Shown here one piece after another: positions 1-9,172 of a DNA stretch of 64,000 nt. Source of the stretch: Acinetobacter sp. (lineage in GTDB: Bacteria; Pseudomonadota; Gammaproteobacteria; Pseudomonadales; Moraxellaceae); contig JASLHF010000027.1 in assembly GCA_030152275.1 (NCBI GenBank), forward strand, positions 332-64,331, written 5' to 3'. The notes under the pieces were generated by a model. It worked only from the letters and a program-made list of their open reading frames with translations. It was not told the DNA's origin and searched no databases. Position 1 is the stretch's first letter, and each line of letters opens with the position of its first letter. A program made the position numbers and the translations under genes.

Positions 1-5
1 GGGGT

Positions 6-188
6 ATGCCGTTGATGATTGGTTTACAGGTTGCTATTCCTGTTATTCTTTTAGTCATTGCGTATTTATGCTTAAGATATGTTGAGAAATATGCAAGTTG
101 TGGCATCTTTCTACATGACTTTTATACAGTTGCTTTTAAGATGAAGGATGCTGAAGAAAATAATGAAAGCGAAATAGATGCTGCTTAG
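6..188 (+). CDS. Small membrane protein, possibly the 3' end of a gene starting before the window
   Basis: Hydrophobic N-terminal stretch; the frame may continue beyond the window edge. Confidence 0.35.
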   Translation: MPLMIGLQVAIPVILLVIAYLCLRYVEKYASCGIFLHDFYTVAFKMKDAEENNESEIDAA

Positions 189-268
189 ATTATTAACTAA
201 CAACGGTTTCCTGGAAAATTTGGTTGGAATGGAAGTTCCAAGAAAGCCAAGGGTTTTAAGAGTTGTAG

Positions 269-297
269 AAGAAAGCGCTTAAGGGCGCTTTCTTTTT
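269..297 (+). terminator. Intrinsic terminator-like hairpin
   Basis: AAGAAAGCGC...GCGCTTTCTT stem followed by T run. Confidence 0.55.
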
Positions 298-415
298 ATG
301 AGGTTATACAGTCATTTATACAATCAAAAACAATTTTTATATATTGATTTTGATGAATATTTTGATAGTTGGTTTCAAGTATTCCTGGCAGAATACTATT
401 TTTGTAACTCCCCAT

Positions 416-513
416 AACTATGACTACGACCACATGTTTGAACTCAAACGCTGCCGCATGAGCGATACAGATTGCTCAAGTGACAAATAGACCGTCCGAA
501 AGGGCGGTTTTTT
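416..513 (+). pseudogene. Frameshifted 3' remnant of a phage antirepressor gene plus its terminator
   Basis: Closely similar to 51569-51668 (NYDYDHMFEL... and AATAGACCGTCCGAAAGGGCGGTTTTT), with a 1-nt deletion. Confidence 0.8.
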
Positions 514-564
514 ATCTATGCAAGAAACAGTGATAAACTTACGAAAATTAATGAGTTTTTATAG

Positions 565-624
565 CAGTCTACAAAAAATCCAAAAAAATATTTTTTTGCA
601 ATTTGTAGACTGATTTGTAGACTG
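565..624. repeat. Integrase arm-type sites of an upstream element (TTTGTAGACTG)
   Basis: Tandem ATTTGTAGACTG at 601-612 and 613-624, inverted copy at 565-575; same layout as 55508-55564. Confidence 0.75.
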
Positions 625-711
625 TTGAACTACAAATACAGCCAAATGAGTACAATCTCATTCAACTATAAAAATTTTTAAGTAATTGAAAATACAAGTG
701 AATACAGTTAC

Positions 712-795
712 ATGCAACCCATTCCAATCCAGCACAAACTCTCAGGATTCTATTTTTTCTATAACACCATTGTAGAGTTGCATGAAGTAACATAA
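712..795 (+). pseudogene. attL junction: truncated 5' copy of the MFS gene (27 aa)
   Basis: Encodes MQPIPIQHKLSGFYFFY, identical to the N-terminus of 55655..56812, then diverges and stops; shares CCATTGT (767-773) with 55710-55716. Confidence 0.88.
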
Positions 796-801
796 TAAAT
801 A

Positions 802-874
802 AAAACAATAACTTAAAATTGAAAAATCTTCGATAAAATAGGTATAAATCCTCGTTGTATACGATTTGTATACT
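802..874. promoter_or_regulatory. attL phage arm: IHF-like site and arm-type sites (TTGTATAC)
   Basis: AAACAATAACTTA resembles the IHF consensus; TTGTATAC at 855-862 and ATTTGTATACT at 864-874 match the attR arm motif. Confidence 0.7.
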
Positions 875-907
875 TTCTAAAAAACTTATCTAATTAACTT
901 TTTCTTA

Positions 908-2200
908 GTGAAGATTAATTCTATGAGCCAAAAAATTAATAAGCAATATGTCGACGAATTGGAATTAGTTGAGAAAGGTCAGAAAATATTTAGAGACTCG
1001 GAGCTTACAGGTTTTGGTGTACGAGTAACACCTAATAGCAAAACTTTTGTGGTTGATAAAAAGTATAACAATAAACTGTATAGGGTAGTACTAGGCACAC
1101 CAGATACAATTTCGGTTGCTGGGGCTAGAAAAAAGGCTCAGTTAATTTTGGCTCAAATTTATAGTGGTCAATATTCCTCTAAAGTCCGTTCAAACCAAGA
1201 TGACTTCAATCCCTTAAATATTACCGTAGGTGATGCTCTAAACATTTATCTTAATAGAAATACATTTAAACCTAAAACAGTGAGGCAATATAACAAGTAC
1301 ATTGATCTTTACTTGGTGGGTTGGCGTAATCGTAAAATCTTTGAAATTACTAAAGATGAATTATTGGATAAGTTTTTAGATGCAACTGAGATTAGCCCAT
1401 CCAGTGCAAATGGGGCGGTTTCTTTAATTGGGACTTTATGGAGGTATATGCACGTACTGTACTCAACAGATGAAAAGCCAATACTTAAGTCAAATCCTGT
1501 TGATGTTATCTCTGTTACTATTGGGTGGAATAAGATTGCACCCCGTGAGCGTTACCTCGGTAAAGATGTGATCTTTAAGTACTATCAAGCAGTCATAAAT
1601 TACTTTAATGAGCTGAATTTAGAAGATACTGCTCGTAGCAATACACATCGAGATATCATTTTATTTGTAATGTATACCGGCTGTCGTCGGGTAGAGGCAT
1701 GTAGTTTACGTTGGGATAATGTGGATCTAGAAAATGGTACCGTCGCATTTAACGATACAAAAAATGGTAAACGCCACTTACTTCCAATTGGCGAACATCT
1801 TATTTCTATACTAAAAGCACGCCACCTCCTAAAAGAAAATGATTGGGTTTTTCCTGCAACAAAGCTACCAACATCATGGAATGTGCATGCAACAACTATA
1901 GATCGCACACTAAAAGAAATAGGTAATCAAGTCGGCTTCTATGTTTCAACCCATGATTTCCGAAGAACGTTCGCCACACTGTGCAATTTATTAAGATTTA
2001 ATATCTATGTGACTAAGCGTCTACTGAACCACACAGCAAAGCCTCGAGTAGATGTTACTGGTGGTTATGTGCAAATACCATTAGAAGAGCTACGTGTATG
2101 TATGAACATGATTGAAGGCGTATATCAGCAAAAAATTGATTGTTTTAATTATGAAAATGTTTGGAATAGTCGATTAGATGAGTTGAAAAAGGCGGGATAA
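908..2200 (+). CDS. int: Tyrosine integrase with N-terminal arm-binding domain
   Basis: RDSELTGFGVRV arm domain; catalytic motifs TGCRR, TKNG, HDFRR, LLNH, GGY; adjacent to att. Confidence 0.95.
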   Translation: MKINSMSQKINKQYVDELELVEKGQKIFRDSELTGFGVRVTPNSKTFVVDKKYNNKLYRVVLGTPDTISVAGARKKAQLILAQIYSGQYSSKVRSNQDDFNPLNITVGDALNIYLNRNTFKPKTVRQYNKYIDLYLVGWRNRKIFEITKDELLDKFLDATEISPSSANGAVSLIGTLWRYMHVLYSTDEKPILKSNPVDVISVTIGWNKIAPRERYLGKDVIFKYYQAVINYFNELNLEDTARSNTHRDIILFVMYTGCRRVEACSLRWDNVDLENGTVAFNDTKNGKRHLLPIGEHLISILKARHLLKENDWVFPATKLPTSWNVHATTIDRTLKEIGNQVGFYVSTHDFRRTFATLCNLLRFNIYVTKRLLNHTAKPRVDVTGGYVQIPLEELRVCMNMIEGVYQQKIDCFNYENVWNSRLDELKKAG

Positions 2201-2208
2201 CCCGCCTT
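2189..2208. terminator. Hairpin between convergent int and xis
   Basis: AAGGCGGG-ATAA-CCCGCCTT. Confidence 0.55.
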
Positions 2209-2212
2209 AGCA

Positions 2213-2476
2213 TTAATATTGAGCAGTATTGGTCACCGTTTTAGAATCAAGATAGGCCATCACATCTTTTTTCTTGTACGCAATTCGGCTACCAATTTTA
2301 GAGAACGGTAAAGTCTGATCCTCACAGCGCATTTTGGCCAAAGTCCAAGGGGAGCATTGAAGATAAAGTGCGACGACTTCCTGAGGAAAAAGCTGTTCTT
2401 CATGTGCATTCAGAAAACGCTCTAAGATTAAATTTTTCTCATCGTCTGATGCTTTAGAATATGTTCTTAAGGTCAT
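2213..2476 (-). CDS. Excisionase-like HTH protein
   Basis: QEVVALYLQCSPWTLAKMR...PFSKIGSRIAY MerR/HTH_17-type pattern; next to int. Confidence 0.75.
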   Translation of the reverse strand: MTLRTYSKASDDEKNLILERFLNAHEEQLFPQEVVALYLQCSPWTLAKMRCEDQTLPFSKIGSRIAYKKKDVMAYLDSKTVTNTAQY

Positions 2477-2479
2477 TCC

Positions 2480-2620
2480 TTATCTCCAAGTTGCTTCTTT
2501 AAATTTCGCATCAGTAAGCAGTTCTTCAATTTCACCCACACTGACATTATTAAAAACATGTGTCATTTTTGCTCCGTATACAGTCAGTATTCGAGTAATA
2601 GTCGAGTAGTTGAATTTCAT
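2480..2620 (-). CDS. Small early phage protein (46 aa)
   Basis: MKFNYSTITRIL...ATWR; start overlaps the upstream stop (ATGA). Confidence 0.6.
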   Translation of the reverse strand: MKFNYSTITRILTVYGAKMTHVFNNVSVGEIEELLTDAKFKEATWR

Positions 2621-3696
2621 GCTGTCCAACCCTCCATATCTGACTTTGCCTGACAAGCATTTAATATGGTTTGTTCGTATTTAGTCCCTTTGAAGTAATC
2701 AGCAGGGTATTGGAGATCCGCTGCAGAACTAGCATTTTGAATAGCCTGTAATGCTTTTTGGTAATCTGATTCGAGTAAAGCCTCATGCTCATTTTGAATT
2801 TGTCGTTCAGTTTGCTGACTGGCCTGGGCTTTTTGTTCAATGATACGGCGAATGCTTGCACAAGTTTCCTCAAACACTTGCTGACGTACATCCTGAAGGC
2901 TATTCAGTTTTCGCTTAGCACAGTATTTATCTATATCAATGCCAGCTTCGGTCATGAGTTGCTCTAGTTCTAAATATTGATTGCCGTTGATTGTTGAATC
3001 TGCAGAACCGGAAGAAAGCCATTGTGCTAATTTCACACCTGTCTGTTCTGTAATTTGTTCAGGCTGTAGGAATAGACCGGTACGATCCTTTGTCGCTACT
3101 GCATAGTTATCGCCATGGGTGATATCAAGAACGGTCGTAAACTCATATTCAATACCATCACGCTGTTCAGACTTTAGGCCTAACTTTTCAACCTTCTTCT
3201 TACCACCACCTGCATCCACTTGCACGGTATCCATCTTACTGCGCATGGTTACAATCACATTGATACTTGAGTGAAGCATGGCATCAATGAATTTGCGGTG
3301 TTTAGGTGTGATTTCACTCCAAGCACCCCATGTATTTCCCTTGAATTTTCCTTTACCTAAGGCATCAACCATTTCTAAGCAGCCACCAACACCTGACCAT
3401 TCGTGTGTAATGCTATCCAAGATGACGGTGTTGTAACCTGCATTTTCAGCGGCTTGAATTGCAGCAATGAATTTATCTGGTGAATATGGTGGTTGTAGAT
3501 TTGCACTGTCAAAATCCATAACATCCGCATAGAGTTCAGCACTACTATTTTCGGTATCTACCACAGCTACTTTGCCACCCATTCCTTTGGCAATAAGTAA
3601 AGCGCCTAAGGTTTTACCTGCACCTGTTGGACCAGCTAAAGCAAGGCGTAACTTTGCGTTTTTACGTTCAGCTTTTTTGAAGAAAACAGTCATCAT
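2617..3696 (-). CDS. Sak4/AAA_24-like phage recombination ATPase
   Basis: Walker A GPTGAGKT, VDTE, ILDSITHEW, EYEF motifs. Confidence 0.85.
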   Translation of the reverse strand: MMTVFFKKAERKNAKLRLALAGPTGAGKTLGALLIAKGMGGKVAVVDTENSSAELYADVMDFDSANLQPPYSPDKFIAAIQAAENAGYNTVILDSITHEWSGVGGCLEMVDALGKGKFKGNTWGAWSEITPKHRKFIDAMLHSSINVIVTMRSKMDTVQVDAGGGKKKVEKLGLKSEQRDGIEYEFTTVLDITHGDNYAVATKDRTGLFLQPEQITEQTGVKLAQWLSSGSADSTINGNQYLELEQLMTEAGIDIDKYCAKRKLNSLQDVRQQVFEETCASIRRIIEQKAQASQQTERQIQNEHEALLESDYQKALQAIQNASSAADLQYPADYFKGTKYEQTILNACQAKSDMEGWTA

Positions 3697-4118
3697 ATTT
3701 CTCCCAATAAACGGTTTTTAATCATGTGCTGCACCAACATTTCATTGATGTTGCGGTGGTCGTTGTAGTCTGTGAAGTCGGGGAATGGGTTGCCGTACTC
3801 ATCGGTAATTTGATCGATTGATAGCTGGGTGATTTCAGCCGTTTCAAACTCACTACCTGGTACGCCGTAGCTGTCTTCGAATTGTTCAAAGTCAAAGCTA
3901 ACGTCTAAGGTAAAGTTGTCTAAACGAATAACGGCTGTACCTGAGTGTTCACCAGAGATGTCCATTGCAGCGACTGCAGTAAACTCTGGAATACTATTGT
4001 GCTGAGCGGGTGCCTTGTTAATTTCAGGCTTGTAGGCGAATGCTAAAGCACCAATTGTTACTGTTGCAGCGACAAGTGTTACCTTGAGGCTATTGAATGG
4101 TGTTAAGGTTTTGTTCAT
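3693..4118 (-). CDS. Hypothetical early protein with N-terminal hydrophobic segment
   Basis: First ORF after the leftward promoter; stop overlaps the next start. Confidence 0.7.
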   Translation of the reverse strand: MNKTLTPFNSLKVTLVAATVTIGALAFAYKPEINKAPAQHNSIPEFTAVAAMDISGEHSGTAVIRLDNFTLDVSFDFEQFEDSYGVPGSEFETAEITQLSIDQITDEYGNPFPDFTDYNDHRNINEMLVQHMIKNRLLGEI

Positions 4119-4191
4119 ACTTATCTCGCAGTTATCTGTAAAAGCGCCTCGGGTCTCAAACTTCGGCGCTTTTTTGTTGTCTGTGAGATAA

Positions 4192-4220
4192 ATATTACCT
4201 AAAAGGTAATTTTATGCAAG
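4192..4220 (-). promoter_or_regulatory. PL-like promoter with operator OL
   Basis: Minus strand TTGCAT-17-TAATAT; palindrome ATTACCT-AAA-AGGTAAT at 4194-4210 is identical to 8429-8445. Confidence 0.8.
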
Positions 4221-4299
4221 AGTAAATTATCTTTTATTTATCTTTTTGGTTGTTTTGATTTATATTAGGCAAAAGAAATCCAAACCAAAGGTGATAGAA

Positions 4300-4542
4300 A
4301 TGAGTATTTCGGATGAAATTTTTGAATGGCGTAAGCAATTTGTTGAAAAACTATTGTTGAATGGTACGAAGCCAGAAGATTTAGAAAAACAAGTCAGTGC
4401 AGCAGAAATGACAATTTACGGTGATCAAATTGCTATGGTATCTATTGAGTGTCCATTCAAATATTCAGAGGAATTAAAAACCATTCTTCTAGATTTCTCA
4501 AAAAAGAATGGCTGTCAGGTTATGGCTACAACGAATATTTAA
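4300..4542 (+). CDS. Hypothetical protein
   Basis: ATG 4300 preceded by AAGGTG; 80 aa. Confidence 0.55.
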   Translation: MSISDEIFEWRKQFVEKLLLNGTKPEDLEKQVSAAEMTIYGDQIAMVSIECPFKYSEELKTILLDFSKKNGCQVMATTNI

Positions 4543-4739
4543 AACACACGTTTCCCAGCTGTCGCTGGTTGATGATGTATGCGATTTTTATTAACTGCAG
4601 ACTCAATATCTTCCAAGCTTTCGTTATAAACTTTGATCCATGTTTCGGCACTTGTTTTATCAATTATCAATGGATCACAATTTTCAATTGTTGCTTTAGT
4701 AAGCTCTAACGCTAGGGCTTCTATAATTTCAGGTTTCAT
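4539..4739 (-). CDS. Hypothetical protein
   Basis: 66 aa ORF with GGAG RBS. Confidence 0.6.
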   Translation of the reverse strand: MKPEIIEALALELTKATIENCDPLIIDKTSAETWIKVYNESLEDIESAVNKNRIHHQPATAGKRVF

Positions 4740-4947
4740 GTTTTCTCCGATAATTATGGATATTTGAGAACAATGTTGGTGCAGAGTCTCAACCTCATAA
4801 TATCAGGGAAAACATTGACTTAAAAAATAAAAAACTAACGTGTAGTAAGATTTGTGCTTTTGTAAATTCTTGAGATATGCGTGATATATATTAATGGATT
4901 GTTTCATCGATACCATAAAGATATTATAATTTAAGGTATTGATTTAA

Positions 4948-5154
4948 ATGTATATTTATAAATTTTTAGAAGTGGAGTCGGGAATGGGGGATTTTCTAAT
5001 AGTGGTTGGATTGTTGGTCTCATTTATAGGTATGATAGTTGGACCAATTTTTCTTAGTGAAAAGATAAAAAACAATGCAGATGCCAAAGCAGCGAGCTTT
5101 CTAGGAATGTTACCTGGGGCTTTATTGATGTTTATCGGTTCTTTCTTTAAATGA
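4948..5154 (+). CDS. Small two-TM membrane protein
   Basis: Two hydrophobic helices; an internal ATG after GGAG may be the true start. Confidence 0.55.
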   Translation: MYIYKFLEVESGMGDFLIVVGLLVSFIGMIVGPIFLSEKIKNNADAKAASFLGMLPGALLMFIGSFFK

Positions 5155-5198
5155 AATTTACAAGAGATGTGCAAGGGACACCCTAGCATAAAGGGGCT

Positions 5199-5276
5199 TT
5201 ACCTTTTCTTAAAATAGAGAATAACAAGTAGCAAAATGATCAAGCCTAAAATTATGGCAATTACGGTCTTCTCCAT
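5199..5276 (-). CDS. 25-aa single-TM peptide
   Basis: MEKTVIAIILGLIILLLVILYFKKR with AAGGA RBS. Confidence 0.5.
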   Translation of the reverse strand: MEKTVIAIILGLIILLLVILYFKKR

Positions 5277-5387
5277 GGTTATTCCTTTTTTATTTTGGGT
5301 GGTTTTAATACCTAATATCTACTTTTTTTGTAGATTAGTCTATCCTGACTTTAGCTAAGTGAGGACAGGATTTATGAAGTTCTACTG

Positions 5388-6551
5388 TTAAATAAAAAAA
5401 CGAGCAATAAATACCAGAAGAACTAAACAAGTAGCGGCTATTGTTATATGTTTAACTAATGATAAATTGCCATCAAGTTTGGAAACTCTACTATCTAAGC
5501 TTAAATATACATTTAAAAAATCAGCTCTATAATCCGATTCCTCTTTACTTTCCATTGCTGATTTTCTTAATTTAATTTCTTCGTCTAAAGCTTGGAGTGT
5601 GACTTCTTGATTCGTGATTTGCATTAATACAAAGACACAAAAAATTATTATACCCACCATAATTAATATATTTTTAATAAAATCACCTGCTGAATTTACA
5701 ATAGACATTTGCCCAGCAGCTAAAACAGTTGCAATAGGTAGTGTGAGCAATTGATTTTGCATATCAGAAAAAACTTTATTGATTTTTATTGTGTATTCTC
5801 GGCGATCCTCTTCAATTTGATTCTTAAAATCATTAAATGAAAATTTATCCATATAAAGCTGGAAATTACTCTTAACCATTCTAAAGAAAGTTTCAAATCC
5901 CTTTAGAAAGGTTGATATAGAGATTTCATTCTCTTTGTAAGATTCATGCAGGCCATTTATTACTGCTAAATGTCTGTCTTCTTGATGAAAATCATTTTGT
6001 ATATATTCTCGAATGAAGTTTTTGACAAGAATAAAGTCCCTAGATAAGTCTTCTGAACAATAGTCTGAATAAATTTTTAAGTTTTTCTTTCCAATAAAAA
6101 TGATAAAAGATCTATTGCCAGCATCACCCTGCAAATCGGATATTAATTTTAGATTTGCAAATAATTCAGCAATTAAAAAAACATTATTAAGTTCTTTGTT
6201 ATTACAATTTGCACCTGGAGTAAATTTTATAGATTGATCATAGATGTAGAAAGATTTAGTAGGGGATTCGTCAAGCCTACGACTATCTTTTTTTAAATAT
6301 TGATCTAAGTCATAATAAATGTTTGTACCAGTTAACGGCACAGTAATCAATCTTGATACTTCCTCATTATCGGTAGTATCAAAATCGTAAAATTGTAGCT
6401 GCTTTTGAATATGCTCATAAGATTGGTTAGATCTTTTACTCAGATTACCAAAGATTGAATTTGACTCAATCTCAAAGCGAATATTATCTAACGACGTCAA
6501 TAAATTAATGACGAAGTCTAATTTTTCATTTGCTTTTATTAATTGAGTCAT
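5388..6551 (-). CDS. Hypothetical protein with C-terminal TM segments and coiled coil
   Basis: AT-rich; hydrophobic segments near the C-terminus; 21 bp downstream of the NdpA-like gene. Confidence 0.8.
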   Translation of the reverse strand: MTQLIKANEKLDFVINLLTSLDNIRFEIESNSIFGNLSKRSNQSYEHIQKQLQFYDFDTTDNEEVSRLITVPLTGTNIYYDLDQYLKKDSRRLDESPTKSFYIYDQSIKFTPGANCNNKELNNVFLIAELFANLKLISDLQGDAGNRSFIIFIGKKNLKIYSDYCSEDLSRDFILVKNFIREYIQNDFHQEDRHLAVINGLHESYKENEISISTFLKGFETFFRMVKSNFQLYMDKFSFNDFKNQIEEDRREYTIKINKVFSDMQNQLLTLPIATVLAAGQMSIVNSAGDFIKNILIMVGIIIFCVFVLMQITNQEVTLQALDEEIKLRKSAMESKEESDYRADFLNVYLSLDSRVSKLDGNLSLVKHITIAATCLVLLVFIARFFI

Positions 6552-6572
6552 AACTCATTAGTACCAGATAAG

Positions 6573-7616
6573 TTATTGATTAATAGCATTATTGAATGCT
6601 TCTTTAGCTTTTTCAGTCACATTGGTAATAATGAAATTACCTTCTGATGAAAGAACAATATTTCCTTGCTCGAAGTCTGCCAGATTAAAAGTTACATTAA
6701 TAGTACCGGTTTTTACTGTAACCCTCATCCATCTACGGACTGTTGTGGTGTCAGGCTGGAAAGCATCACTTATCTCAAAACTTTCTTCACGTATAAAGTC
6801 ATAAAAACTATCTGGTTCATCTTGATTAAGAATTACTGATATTTCTTTTAGATAAACAACAGGTTCGCCATTAACTGTTCTTTTATTAACTGCATCAATA
6901 AAATGTTGTTTTAAAACTTCCTTCTTTTCTTTTACTTCATCCTCTTCCCAGCATTGATCAGAAGCATATGCTTTTAGAGCATCAAACACAGCATCAGTAT
7001 AGGCTTTTGAATCCGTATAATTGACGCAATTAATTGAATCTTTGAAGTAATCAGACACATTAGCACTTGACTTTTTAATAAATGAGACATAGGGCTGTTT
7101 ATCTTTTTCCCACTTATTGAGATCAATTCGGGCACCTTCGTGAAGCTTATCTAAATCAATTGATAGGAATTCTTCAAGATTTAAATTTGCTCTATCAAAA
7201 GTAATAGCTTTCTTTTCTTTAATCATTGAGATCATTAAATATGTGTTGTGATCTTCTACGTATTCTATTAAAACAATCAGACCACCAGTAGCCCACTTCA
7301 GCTGTTGACCTTCACCAAGGGAATCCATCAGTCTTGCAACAAGTAGCTTTGATAGTTTTATAAAGTCTATTTTACCATCACGATATTCTTGCAACTGCAG
7401 TTGAAATATAGAATTTTCTGATTTATCAATACATCCGTAGCCACTAATAGAATTTGTATATTTTTTTCTGAGACCAGTTGAGAAAGTTATAGAAGCGGGT
7501 TTATCCAATGGAAACTCTAGATCTGAATCTAAAATCAGTTTTGGAAGCAAATCACCTGGATCCTGCTTGTCATTTTTCTTATCAATTTCATGAATAATAA
7601 AATGCGTTAATTTCAT
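6573..7616 (-). CDS. Nucleoid-associated protein NdpA/YejK (NA37)-like
   Basis: FIIHEIDK N-terminus, ATGG, DLDKLHEGARIDL, YVSFIK, VSDYF pattern. Confidence 0.78.
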   Translation of the reverse strand: MKLTHFIIHEIDKKNDKQDPGDLLPKLILDSDLEFPLDKPASITFSTGLRKKYTNSISGYGCIDKSENSIFQLQLQEYRDGKIDFIKLSKLLVARLMDSLGEGQQLKWATGGLIVLIEYVEDHNTYLMISMIKEKKAITFDRANLNLEEFLSIDLDKLHEGARIDLNKWEKDKQPYVSFIKKSSANVSDYFKDSINCVNYTDSKAYTDAVFDALKAYASDQCWEEDEVKEKKEVLKQHFIDAVNKRTVNGEPVVYLKEISVILNQDEPDSFYDFIREESFEISDAFQPDTTTVRRWMRVTVKTGTINVTFNLADFEQGNIVLSSEGNFIITNVTEKAKEAFNNAINQ

Positions 7617-7677
7617 AATAGCCCCATATTATAAATATTTAAAAATAACTAGTTACAAGCTTGAGAATTAAGAATAC

Positions 7678-8340
7678 TCAAACATCCCTATATAACCCAA
7701 CAACCTTACCAACTAACTTACAACCATCCTCTAAAGCAATGGTTTTCTCTGGCCAGTCTGGGTTTAAAGGCTGCAAATACATATTCCCACTTTCAACAAT
7801 AAGCTTCTTAAACGTTGCTTCACTATCGCCTTGGCAGGAAACAATAACTAAATCACCTGTTCTTAAATCTGTTATTTGAAAGTCAGGATTTACATAAATC
7901 TTATCGCCAGGCCGAAAGTCGGGGAGCATTGACTCTCCAACCACTTCTAAACCGTAGCCATTCTTTCCACATTTAGGGTTAGGTGGCAGCCATTCCTCAA
8001 ACTGCGTACCTGCAGGCACAGAATCTACAGTTGTCCATGAGCCAGCTTGAACCCAAGAGATAACTGGTATTAATTTTCCAATTAAAGGGATTGGTTCAGA
8101 CACATTATTATCGATTGTTTGTGTGCCTTCTTGTGGGAGATCCAACCAACCGTGTGGCTTATTGAAAGCTTCTTCGATTTCGCGAGCTACTTTATTACCA
8201 ATACCCTTGATTGGATTCGTACCTGCGAACTGGCTAGTTTGAGATTGTCCTTTACCAATTTTGTCAGCAAAACTGGATACACCACCAACCTGATCAACAA
8301 GTAGACGAGTGTTTTTGTATCTAATTGATTTGCTGTCCAT
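7678..8340 (-). CDS. cI: CI repressor with S24 autopeptidase domain
   Basis: N-terminal HTH, WVQAG cleavage site, GESM serine, TFKKL lysine; start moved to MDSK because the longer ORF overlaps an operator. Confidence 0.92.
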   Translation of the reverse strand: MDSKSIRYKNTRLLVDQVGGVSSFADKIGKGQSQTSQFAGTNPIKGIGNKVAREIEEAFNKPHGWLDLPQEGTQTIDNNVSEPIPLIGKLIPVISWVQAGSWTTVDSVPAGTQFEEWLPPNPKCGKNGYGLEVVGESMLPDFRPGDKIYVNPDFQITDLRTGDLVIVSCQGDSEATFKKLIVESGNMYLQPLNPDWPEKTIALEDGCKLVGKVVGLYRDV

Positions 8341-8389
8341 AATTTTCCTAATTTTGTTGTGACACGTCACATTTGCTAATTGTAGTTTT

Positions 8390-8447
8390 ATCACCCAAAA
8401 GGTAAACAAGAAAAAAGGTTGTATTTACATTACCTAAAAGGTAATAT
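8390..8447 (+). promoter_or_regulatory. OR operators and PR-like promoter
   Basis: ATTACCTAAAAGGTAAT at 8429-8445, degenerate copy ATCACCCAAAAGGTAAA at 8390-8406; TTGTAT-17-TAATAT. Confidence 0.8.
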
Positions 8448-8473
8448 TGGGATTGATACTAGGGGATCAATCT

Positions 8474-8728
8474 ATGAACTTTAGAGACTTTATTCTTAAT
8501 CAAAGCCCAAAAGATTTAGAAAAATACGCAAAAGATGCAGGAACTACAGTTGGTTATATAAAGACTCACTTGCTCTATAACTACAAAGAACCGCGGAAAA
8601 CATTACGTAAGGCCTTGGCACTAGCAAGTAATGGCCAAGTTTCTGAAACAGAAATTCTTCAACATTTTGGGTTATTTCCTATTCAATGTGATAACAACCA
8701 AAATGGTAATAACTCAGCCCTCCAATAA
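8474..8728 (+). CDS. cro: Cro-like repressor
   Basis: Divergent from cI; HTH YAKDAGTTVGYI. Confidence 0.8.
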   Translation: MNFRDFILNQSPKDLEKYAKDAGTTVGYIKTHLLYNYKEPRKTLRKALALASNGQVSETEILQHFGLFPIQCDNNQNGNNSALQ

Positions 8729-8749
8729 ACACGTTCAAAGGAAACCGAT

Positions 8750-9172
8750 ATGAACATATTGGACGCTGCTTACAACACAGTTCACGACTACCCAGGTGGA
8801 GCGAATGCATTAGCGCCACGAATGGGCATCAAAAGCCCAGCGGTACTGAACAGTAAGGTGAATCCCAATACGGAAACACACCACATCACCTTGCTTGAGG
8901 CTTCAAAACTTATGGAGCTGACAGGGGATTACCGAATTCTGCAAAGACTGAATGCTCAACACGGAAAAGTGGCCATTAACTTGCCCAATATCCCCGAATG
9001 TCGAGATACAGCACTGACGGACTTAGTTCTGAGTTTTGGAATGGGTGGTGGAGATATCTACACGCTGTTCAAAGAAATGATGGCAGATGGCCGAATTACG
9101 CGTGGCGAAGCAATTGATATGTCGAAAGTCATTCACATGCTGCACGAAATCTTGGCAGAGCTAGAAATGTAA
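8750..9172 (+). CDS. Phage regulatory CII-family protein
   Basis: YPGGANALAPRMG...LNSKVNPN...H pattern; position after cro. Confidence 0.8.
   Translation: MNILDAAYNTVHDYPGGANALAPRMGIKSPAVLNSKVNPNTETHHITLLEASKLMELTGDYRILQRLNAQHGKVAINLPNIPECRDTALTDLVLSFGMGGGDIYTLFKEMMADGRITRGEAIDMSKVIHMLHEILAELEM

Noticed and set aside
711..784. 8-bp inverted repeat CATGCAAC...GTTGCATG around attL
   Set aside because: Spacing too long for core-type sites and the left copy is constrained by the MFS start codons
8341..8409. Longer 243-aa start for cI
   Set aside because: Overlaps the operator at 8390-8406; the ATG at 8340 follows an AGGA RBS
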